The notes under the pieces are model-generated. The model saw nothing but the letters and a program-made list of their open reading frames with translations, was not told where the DNA came from and ran no database searches. From Tubulanus polymorphus (lineage: Eukaryota > Animalia > Nemertea): a stretch of 64,000 bases of DNA. Positions 1-11,003 of the stretch are shown here, in pieces (within the stretch, counting starts at the first letter, position 1; each line of letters starts with the position of its first letter). Made by a program: the position numbers and the translations under genes. Location: NCBI RefSeq assembly GCF_964204645.1, contig NC_134027.1:7968485-8032484 (forward strand). The letters run 5' to 3'.

Positions 1-72
1 TGGTGGACAAATTTGAATTATTAGAGTTGTGATTATAATTGCTACAAAATTACGAAACTATAGTGGCGATGA

Positions 73-594
73 TTAGGGAAGTATCCATTTTTTTTCATCC
101 TCCACAAGAACAAATCCTAGCGCGCAAAAAGAAATTTCCCGAATCAGCCACCATAGGAATAACATTCATAATTTTGGATACATATTTAATTAATGAACTA
201 GAAAATCGACAATGCGTACTGTCTTTTTCCGTACTGCAAGTCCTTTCGCATACGCCTTTGCTTCTGAAGTTGTTATCGTTTCCCCCACAACCGCTGTATG
301 AGAATTTTACGCAACTGCTTTCAGATGACTTGTAATACCAGCGGACAAGGTCATCGCCACAGGAACCCTCTTTTTTGGGAAGCGAACATACATCATTGCC
401 GGTGACTGGCATCGACCATACAAAAATAAAAATACGCCTTGTTTAATATTATCACATAATAGAAACTTTCAAAAGGATATGTGAATATTCAAACTAATCA
501 AATTCTCACCTGCAGTTGTAGAGTCGACTAGAACTAGTGACAGCGCCAGTGCAGCTCCACAGAGGTGCAATAATACGCGTCTCGTTTGTTCCAT
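73..594 (-). CDS. Small secreted single-domain Kunitz/BPTI protein (exon 1 594-510, exon 2 from 405; 3' end uncertain)
   Basis: Exon 1 MEQTRRVLLHLCGAALALSLVLVDSTTA (signal peptide) ends G|GTGAG. It splices in phase to VTGNDVCSLPKKEGSCGDDLVRWYYKSSESSCVKFSYSGCGGNDNNFRSKGVCERTC, which has all six Kunitz Cys and FxYxGCxGNxNNF. The last exon or stop is ambiguous (read-through to 95, or a short exon ending near 73). Confidence 0.85.
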
Positions 595-3358
595 GATCTT
601 TTATTTCAACCTCTGCCGAATATCTGTTGAGCCGCATCGAATATATAAGTTGGTCTGTACCAATAAAACCAACGTGGGACAGGGTTACTTAGTAATTTAG
701 CATTCATAAAATAGGATAATACAAATAAAAATTCTTTAATTATTACGATAACATACATACCAATTATATTATTTCAATGACACCCATGAATAACTCTTTG
801 CAATATTCTACGGCCTGGACAATAGTTATCGGTAGTTAGTTTTAAGTGGATTATAGGCTCGGGCGTCAAATTCACAATACTCCACTAAGTTTAAGTCGGA
901 ATTTAGTAGTTTACGGCGATAAGCATCTTGTCCTCCTAGAAGCAGCTGTTCGATTGAACTAAGCAGACAAATTAATGGTTTGGCAAAGATGAAGTATTGT
1001 GGCGTTTATAACTCCTTTCTTTCTGTTTGGAAACTGCTACCATGCAAAGTTCTACTTACTCCGACTGGATCTTAATTTTACCACTATTTTTGTTCAGTGG
1101 ATACCGCCAATGAAAGGCGTTTCAACTCGTAGCTTAATGGATATTTAGAATTGTAAATCACGAATGATCCGCGGAAAAACATTGTGTAACCTAATCGAAT
1201 TCGTTTCTTTCTTTTTAAATTCTTTTCCGTAGAATTCATTCGGCTTTTTATATCATGCAGAATAATCTGCTGAATTCGCCCGGTTTACGGCAAATCTTGT
1301 TGTCATTTCTTATTGCAGATCTGTATTCAGCGGGTTTGACTTTATAGAAAACGGTTTTACATAAAGCATAGCGACAGCCTTCTGATACGCTGCACTTCAG
1401 TTCATATCGTCGTCGTCGTCGTCTCGTTGTCGTCTGTTATTACTTTTTTCATTGTAGTATCGTATAAATATTGGTCATTTGAACATGTTCCCCTCCAAGC
1501 TGATCGGTTCGCGATTCTCGTATTGAATTAATACGCCCAGGTACCGATACGATCCTGTGATGTTGGTAGATATTGCTTGCTACTGCCGGCCGTAGAAATC
1601 CAATATAGATACTGATCAAGTATTCTCACCATGCATCGACGTCAGATCGCCTGAAGCCTATCCAAACAATCGAATACTCTTGTCTTATGGTGACAAAACG
1701 GATAAGTTTCCCAGCTCCTATCAATCCGGACAAGATGATCATCCAAGCCGACATAGCTCGCGCAATGGGTGAAATTGCTCGCTACCTGGCTGCTGGGCGA
1801 ATAGTCTTTCACTTTATTTTTTCACAATTTAACAAGCTCCACTGCGGGCATTACAACGTTGGGACCATTTTATGGGAATTTCTATCTAGCAAATCTCTCA
1901 AGTTCAGTGCTATTTGCCGAGTGAAACGAACGAATCGACGGCAGTTTTGTCGACACTTACTGTTTAAAACGGAGACTGGTCATACTTCGTGACCTGAACC
2001 CACAGACTTATATCTAAATATGTACATCTAGACTGTGGACCTGGAGGCAGGGATAGTTTGTTCGCATTACAAAAAAAATTGTCTTTTGATCTTTGATGTC
2101 GACTATCAAAAAACTATCGCACAAATATCATTTTCCACGAAAGCATTTTCACGTAAATAATCTACATGTAGAACGTACATATATACCTCAACGACTCGAC
2201 CACTGTTTAGTATATTTAATTCAAACTCAAATGGAACATTGTATGATCCTTTTGCTGAAAGAAGATTTTCCTTCTTTCTAGTTACTTTGACATGTTTCAA
2301 CAATGATTTGTGAATATCTTCTCTCTATTCAAATTATTGGTACACTTATCACAGTTCACTTGTTTTTTATGTCATATTTTTTCAATTTGAATACGTGTTC
2401 GGATCATTCGTTTCATGACATTTTCATGTACTATTCTTCACAATCATTGCAATTCTCTACTTAATAAACTTTGAATTGAATTCGATATATGTTTTGAAAT
2501 GAGTTTCTTCCAAGCGCCTATATTCAATCATTTATATATCGGAAATATGTCATTGACTGGACCGACCGGTTAATCATCCGTTAAACATGCGTCTGTGTGT
2601 CATAGATTATCTGATGACGAGAACGACTCATCTTTGACATCGGGTTCGCGCACACAACTCCCAATAACGGGTGATTGTAAGTTTTAGGAGTTGCGCGAAG
2701 GTTTATCTCGTCACCATCCGCGGGTAATCGCCGCGTTTCAGATCGCCCTCGTGGTCTCTTCGCGTATCGGTAATTCGTCTGCTCAGATGTCAGCGTCGTA
2801 CACGGATCACCGGAACTTCGTGAGAAAAGAGCTGCGTACGAAGAACAACGAAGTACAGGAAGCCTTTAATGAGTTTCGCCGAAAATCAAACGAAGCGCTT
2901 TTTGATCTTCGTGATCTTACCGTGATGAACTTCATTTCAAAATAAAAACAATTGCAGGCATTTGCAAATGTTTTGAAAATCATGATCACCATGGATGGAA
3001 AGGATATTACTGTCGGTGGCACAAGAAGAAGTCAAAATCATTGTTGATACTTCCCGCCTACAAAAGCCGAAGAAAAAATAACTATATTTCATGCCGATAC
3101 TTTAGTTGTGTATACCGCTATTTAAAAATGTTTGGCGGTGTGACCTTAATTATATAGACTTAACGGCCGAATGTTCGAATTGTTTTACAAGACGGTCATA
3201 AACCATCGGGCAAGAAAAATACTTCAACCCTCGCCGCAATACGTTGGATAAAGTACAACTAATCTATCGAGTGTTTATAGCGGATAATTCGTTGGAATAG
3301 GTGCTGCTTATTTATTTCTTCGATAGCGATAATACACCCGAAGTTACTTTTGATCGGG

Positions 3359-6300
3359 ATGGCGTTGACCGGTCGTGCGGAATTGAATATTCTTACGGGT
3401 TCTAACGGCTTGTCCAATATGTCGCGAGCTACGACCGACCTATCGCCTACTAGTGATGGTTTGAACGACGGAGAACGACCCCCAGTCAGCGCCGAAATGG
3501 TTCTCGTAGCAAATGGAAAAACGACTGTTTTTACTAATCCAACGTCGGTAACTGAGCCGTTCATAATTGAGGAAGATTTGGATATTGAACAAATTCCCGA
3601 ACGAGAAACGTGGGATAAAAAATGTGACTTTCTTTTGTCTATTGTTGGATTTGCGGTTGATCTTGCGAATGTGTGGCGGTTTCCATACCTATGTTACAAA
3701 AATGGAGGAGGTGAGTTCGCAGGTCAATCAGTTGATTCTAAGGGCGGGGAGATGAAATGAATACAAATAGATAAATGAAGTTACAGTGGAAAATTTATTA
3801 AAAACGAAGGTTATCGATAAAATGAGATTATATGGTGATTTTAACGGGCAACTAACAGGTTTTGAATCTCTTGAAAAGGAATCAAGAATAGAGCGTATAC
3901 TTGTGCGCGGTATTTTGAACTAGAAGCACTTCGAAGAAATGTCTATGATGACCTGGTAAATGGGCCATATAAAACTTCAATGAATGGAAATTGACTCATT
4001 TTCATTGCTAGTTGGCACCTTGACGGTTTTATGGGGACAAACGTTTCAGATGTATACAATGAATCAAAATGCTATTTTTAATGAAAATTAACATTCGTTG
4101 AACACATTAGAAAGCATTTCAGTGTGGGAAGATTTACAGTCTCTGTTGTGGTATAGCTGCAGTGGTATTTATTACACACAAATTCGTTAAAAATATTCCC
4201 TCGAACCGGATTTGAACCAGTGACCTAAGGATGACAATACTATAACGTCTCTACAGTCCTCCGCTCTACCAACTGAGCTATCTAGGGATCCGTACGTCGC
4301 ACATTTTACGATAAAATAGTTCATCGGGTGGAGATCTATCTATATTAATTGATTAGAAATCGATTGAATTTTAACACCTGTTCCTACTGAACTGAACTAC
4401 ACATGCTTTACGTATCATATTTGTTCAAGAAGGAACAACTACACTGAATGTGCAGTAATCGCTTTAAAAACAACAACTCTTTTCAAGTAATTTGGAACTG
4501 AAACATTTCATTCTGCGCAAATATACCCAGACAAAATTGACTTATAATTGGCGTATACTGCACGTATACGTCTATATTCGGTTATAAGACGAGTAAATGA
4601 GTCTGAATTGTTCGCAAGCTCCGTTTGCGTGCAATAATTACGATATCTAAACTACCGTCTGATTTATATCCTCATTCTGAAATAAGAAAGTTACAGTATG
4701 TATGATGTAACGACAACGTGTTTGTAAAAAGGAACTACGTCATCAACTACGCGCACTTTGGTCGTCTGAGACCACACACATTCAAAAAGCCGCGAACTGA
4801 TGATATAACGGCGGTCACAGATACAAACAGGGTTTAGACTAGATGTTTGAAAACCCTGAATGAAACACTTATGTTGCACAAAAGGGATGTTATCTAACAT
4901 CTTAGTTATCTTGGTCATTTGAATCTGTGTGAATAAGTCTTATTTCAACAAATTTTCCAGTTCTTTTACGTATAGATCATTCTAACATGACAACTCCAAG
5001 ATTAAAAAAAGTTAAAATCTTGAAAATCGATTATTCAAAATATTTGATAAAAAGTTAGACGTGTACCCTGTAGAGCTAGTATTATTCCGAACATGGTTTC
5101 TTTGGAGGTGCAAGAGACCCTCCCTGTTCAAAGGTTAGGTCCATAGAGTTCACGGATGTGGCGCTAAATTTGGATGTATTATAATTATCACCAACAAGGT
5201 CTCAACTATCTTGTAAACAAGCGTTTTCGAGTCCATGATGTAAGTGGCGCACTCATGACACGTAGCCTTTAATACTAAGTCTCCAAAGTCTCCGTCACGT
5301 CGATGCACTGATAACAGTGATCATCGCACACTCTCGCGCTGCCACCTTCTTCCCGCGTGGACAAATCGCCGTATCCATCCTCCAATATTCACACTTCCCG
5401 AAATCATTGGCTAATCAGCCGGTGTGCGTCGAGTATTTGTCATCAGCAAACAGATCCATGTTCGGTAAGCAAATATGCCTAACAGTTACGGCGACATCAA
5501 TCGTTATAACGTGTCTGGAAATTACAAACATTCCCTCCCAGATAGACTTACTTCGCGCAGAGATTTCTTCGAATCGGTTTCCGAAATGTATAATCCCTCC
5601 CTCTCTAACCGGTTACATGAAAGCATATCTTTTGTTCCAAATACCTATCGTCAATCCCGAAGGTCAATCTTATTCGAAGATACGCGTGATGGTAGTCGGA
5701 AGCTTTTGACCGTCTTGACAAATATTTGATATTTGGCGAAATCAAATTGTAACGTAAAAAATTCCCCCAATCGCATGGAGTCAACTTCTTCTTCAATTTG
5801 AAAAATATATCCGCTTGACGAACTTTAGAATAGTGCCAGGGTCTCTTTGCGAATGATTTGGCAAATCGAAAGATCGTTTAGTTCAACACAAGAAACCTAT
5901 GTGTGTATGTGAACATCATCAGACGATAGCAAATGTTTGAATTAGTAAAATTCCGATCTTGTTATCGAGAACAATTGTCTTATTAAGTTCAATTCTCTGA
6001 TGACGAATAGTTGCGTATTCCTGCAGGGCTAGCAGGCTAATCAATCGTTTCAGTAAGAGTTAATAGAGTGTATCGACTGAAGAATACCAAATCACACATT
6101 CGACGGGAACCTCACTTCTCACTAGAAGAGTATACATGCATCCACCAGAAACTGATACCAGACACGTGATTCTTTTTGATATTTGGATCATTGAAACTTT
6201 GGCGGAGATTTCTCTGATGAATACTTTGCTCAATCTGTTGCCACATAAGGCGGCTTACCCTAAAACATTCTGCGTTTTTTCCAAGACGTCAAATAATCAT

Positions 6301-9300
6301 ACTCAAATTTCTTCATATTATTTGGATCATCTGATTATTGACGCTACCATTGGTGTAAAAGAGTACTTACTATATGAATAATTCTCAACGAGATCTTATT
6401 CTCTAAACGAAATTTTCATAACTTCATAGATTTCTTATTGCAGGTGCATTTTTAGTTCCCTATTTCTGTATGCTGCTATTCGGAGCTTTGCCGTTATTCT
6501 ATCTGGAGTTGGTATTGGGCCAGTATCACAGACAGGGTGCGGTGGCTGTGTGGGCACGAATGTCACCACTTTTCAAAGGTGAATTGATTCAAACTCTTCC
6601 TGCAAAAAAGTTATCTTATTCTGATGCTTATTGTGATACTGATATTGTGACAAAATTCCATTTTCAGGAGTTGGATATTCGATGTGCCTTATGGCGTTTT
6701 ACGTGTCGATATACTACAATGTTATAATAGGCTGGTCATTTTTCTACCTATTCCACTCATTTCGTGCTTCGTTGCCGTGGACGTCTTGTGATAACGAATG
6801 GAATACGGACAGGTGCCGCACCTCGTGGGCCACGGGCACCGGTAATGGTTCGTACGCGCCCGGCGGCGGGGACAAGACATCGATAAGTAACACGTCTTCG
6901 TCGCAACTGCCTGCACTGAATCTCACGGGTAACGCGACAGGTGTTTCGGCTGCTGCAGAATTCTTCGAGTAAGTTACAAAAATCCATATCTCGGAGTCGG
7001 TGGTATACTCTGACCAATGTGTATACCGATTCAAAAACCGAATAATACTTTTTCTTTTTTTCCGTTTGAAAGAAGATACGTTTTAGGGGTGCATAGAAGC
7101 GAAGGTATACACGATCTTGGCGCTCCCAAGTGGCAGCTTGTTCTTTGTACGATGCTTGTGTTTTTTATACTGTACTTTAGTTTATGGAAAGGCGTCAAAA
7201 GCTCTGGCAAAGTAAGTTTGCAATATTAAGTTTCTATATTGTATGGTAGTAAAGTGCGATATATAACCGTCGTTTTTTTGGTGAATATCTATAGGTTGTT
7301 TGGGTGACGGCGACCCTTCCATATATCGTACTATCAGTTTTACTAATCAGGGGTTGCCTCCTACCCGGGGCTGGGGACGGAGTGCGGTATTTCATAACTC
7401 CAAAAATCAGCAAACTTGGCGAATTAGAGGTAGGTTTTGTGTTCACCGGGAATCCATCAATGGTTCATTACTTGCTTTGCTTTCTATTTCTATACGCTCT
7501 GTCATCAGGTCTGGGTGGATGCAGCAGTGCAGATATTTTACTCCGTCGGTGCAGGGTTTGGGGTGCATATCGCATATGCCAGTTACAATAAACTTAACAA
7601 TAACTGTTATAGGTATGAAATTGCAAATAGCAAAAGTTCCGTTGATTATTTGTAGAAAATCCTGTATGAATTGCTAAATATCTTTTTCTCTCTCTTGTCA
7701 GGGATTGTCTGATTACGGCTTGCGTGAACAGTTTCACTAGCGTGTTTTCGGGGTTTGTTATATTCTGCTATCTTGGATACATGTCTAAGATGTACGGTGC
7801 ACCGATTGACAGCGTGGCCAAAGAAGGTGCGATCGAAAGAAATTTCTTGAAATAAGAAATCACTAGAATACATATTTGATATGGTTTCGTATTGGTAATT
7901 TTTTTGAACAGGTCCTGGTTTGGTATTTGTGGTCTATCCAGAAGCTATTGCCACTCTACCCGGTTCAACAGCTTGGGCAGTCATATTCTTTCTGATGCTG
8001 ATATCATTAGGATTGGACAGTGCGGTAAGTGTGTTAATTTTCGGACGCGCACTTTGGATTTTCGTAAACAATTCGAAATGTATCGCTTATTTCAGATGGG
8101 TGGCATGGAATCGATATTGACGGGTTTGAAGGACGACCATGCAAAATTATTCGCGAAATACAAATACAGCCGTGAGGTTTTCCTAGCCTGTATAATAATG
8201 TTTTCCTTCCTACTTTCCATCATGAACGTCACTGAGGTAAGCTTCCACCTGAAGATGGCTGATAGTCAACAGCAGAAATGTCGTGGTTTCGCTTCAATGA
8301 CTTTTTTCGTATAAAATTCTTGTGGAACTTGCTTAATTCATAATCCAGCATCTCGTTAATATCTGTCCCTCCCTGACATAAATTTCTTTTCTCGAATTTC
8401 TTAATCATAACAGGGTGGGATTTTCATCTTCACTATGCTGGATTCGTTCGGCGCCGGAACATCTATAATATTTACCGTATTAATCCAAGCGATAGGCGTA
8501 GCTTGGTTTTATGGTAAGTTTTATCTTTATCAGACTCCCATCGGTGACGTACGATACATGCGGTCCAGCCCGGATATGTTTCCGTTGCTTATTTTAGGCA
8601 TGGATCAGTTTAGTTCAGATATTCAACACATGCTCGGTTTTAAACCGGGTTTGTACTGGAGAATTTGCTGGAAATTCATAACGCCAATATTTCTATCTGT
8701 AAGTGTATATTCTTATTTTTTTCAAGCTATTCCGACATCATCATGTATGAATTATTTGTGGAAAATTCAACGCAAAATTGAGTCTCGATTCATTAAACTG
8801 AATTGATTTCAGGTTATATTTGTGTTTAGTATTATGACGCATCCGGGCCTCATGTACGCCTTGACAACTCACACGTACTATTTCCCGCGCTGGGCAAACA
8901 TGATCGGCTGGATGATAGCGGCCTCGGCCATGCTGACTATTCCCGGAGTCGGCATCTATAAAATGATACGCCTACCAGGCACATTTTCGAGGGTAAGGGG
9001 ATATCGGTTTGCAAATGGGGGAGTTCTCAAATTTAGCCGATTTTGGAACCTCAAACAATTTCATCGATATGATGATTTGAAAAATACACTGTATATCCAC
9101 TTACGTGTTTAGTCTAATGAATACATTTTCCAGCGTTTTGCTTTGTGTATTTCACCAAAATGGGAGCATAAAGCTATCAAACGCGGCTCTGATGTCAAGA
9201 GATACAGGGTAAGCAACGTTTGCGATCAATTTTAATGAATTCAAGTTCATCAGCGAGAAGAAATGTATCATTATCGCGTTTTGTAATCATCATTTTCAGA

Positions 9301-9326
9301 GGAATCACTGGTTTTCGATTGGGTAA
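3359..9326 (+). CDS. SLC6 Na+/Cl- dependent monoamine (dopamine/noradrenaline/octopamine-type) transporter, 14 coding exons
   Basis: Exons 3359-3710, 6444-6578, 6668-6968, 7073-7211, 7295-7429, 7509-7612, 7702-7826, 7912-8024, 8096-8236, 8414-8513, 8598-8698, 8813-8992, 9134-9208, 9300-9326, all GT-AG and in phase. Motifs: [37 protein letters not shown] (TM1 Asp), [55 protein letters not shown]-terminal HWFSIG. Confidence 0.95.
4197..4287 (-). tRNA. tRNA-Tyr(GTA) with an 18-nt intron (4233-4250), nested antisense in SLC6 intron 1
   Basis: Reverse complement reads CCCTAGATAGCTCAGTTGGTAGAGCGGAGGACTGTAG[AGACGTTATAGTATTGTC]ATCCTTAGGTCACTGGTTCAAATCCGGTTCGAGGGA, followed by a T5 Pol III terminator. 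Mature length is 73 nt, with one acceptor-stem mismatch. Confidence 0.93.
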
Positions 9327-11003
9327 ACAGATCAGAACCGTGATAGTTTGAAATGAAATCTCAGGGAAGTAAAGCGAATGCGCGTAGTTCCGGCATGGGC
9401 AACTAGTGGGAAACTCAGTCTTCGGTCGATGGAGAAGGTTACGGAAACATGTTGACCATCGCTGAATGGAATTGAAAAGAATATGTAAAATGTGTTGTAT
9501 TCAATAAAATGGTATCATAGTTGAAACGGGTAATTAACGTTTAGAATAAAATCTAACAAATAATGAACGTGTTTTATCGATTAACTTTATTGTAAATAAT
9601 ATCTAGGTAAATATTAGTATTTTGTCATATACATGTCGAGTTTGAATGATGTTGCGTAAATATATTGCATTTATTTCTTCCACCGATGTAAATCTAAAAA
9701 CAATGAACAAATAAATTACTTCATGTTTAACTCGGGTTCCAATGATTTTGTGAGGAAAGTTAGGTGCCGGTATATTTCCATATAACGTGCAATTTGATGT
9801 TTTCTTTATTCCGATACGAAAAGCTCTTTGACTCGTAGCAATAGGGCGACGGGTCAAATGCAAAATTCTCACTGGTACATATGGTGAAATTTCGTATGTG
9901 ATAAAAGAAGAGACTCCTAGGATCCACTAGAGGGATCGTTGTGCATGGAACCGTCTGTATTAGTTTGTGAATCCGAGGATGAATAGATCGGTAATGTCCG
10001 CATTGGAACTGCTGTATGGTGAATACCCTGAGATGGATACCCGCAATCATTCGACCACGACCAGCCCAAATCACCGTCAATGTATTATGACATATGCTTC
10101 CATATTGAAACGACAATAATCTGTCTTTCGACTATCTTCTTTCGTCTTTCGACTATCAAATTCTCATCGATTAATTCCTCAAAAGAATTTATCACCCAAG
10201 AATTTACCGCTTAAAATCAATAATGAATCTGTTTAGAGTATCCAAGTGGGACCTCTGTTAATGCAACAGGGGCCAGTTTCACATTAAAACAAATTGAAGA
10301 AATTGGATCTATTTTTCAACTGTGTGAGACTGTATTTTTCAACCACCTCTTTTTTGTCTGGGCTATCATATCATATATATCATGTACCAGAGTTGAGCGA
10401 CGGAGATCTCTGTGGAGGCAACCACTGCCAGGACTGGGTGAATTTTTGGGCGTTTTTCGGAAACTGCCCGAAACTACGCTTGTGCGGAATCAGGTCGACG
10501 CCCGCGGAGGAATGTAGTCGACTTTTGGACTGTTGTGGACAACCAGACTGACCGGTCTTATAGACTCATATCTGGAACAGTTTACATTTTGGATATAAGT
10601 ACACAGGACCGTAGACCTTGTTGGAAGTGCGGAGTTTCGAGTCTGTCCCGTCGCGCCGTTTTTAAACTCCAAAACTATCAGGCTACGCGCGCCGGCACGG
10701 TATCATTGGAAAAACATCGCATCTTCGTGTTTTATATTTTCAGTGATCTTGTAAATTATCGTATTTGTGTTGTTCTATTTTCTATACGTGATCAATGTGT
10801 TTAACTGATGGTAGCTTAAGTTGTGTTATAAGGTCTAATAAAGTAAATTTGAATTTGGTACCGTTTTAAAGTCCGCTTCCGTGAGTGGGACCGGTTCCTT
10901 GTCCACAATCCGTGACCGGATTTTAGTTACTGCTATAAAAGTGCCGGTGCCGCATGTTTCATCATCTCGTTTTTGCTGTCAATATTGTGAATAATCAGTA
11001 AAT

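Noticed and set aside
1630-1760. Minus-strand ILSGLIGAGKL resembling a Walker A loop
   Set aside because: Lacks the S/T after GK, and no downstream NTPase motifs or convincing gene model.
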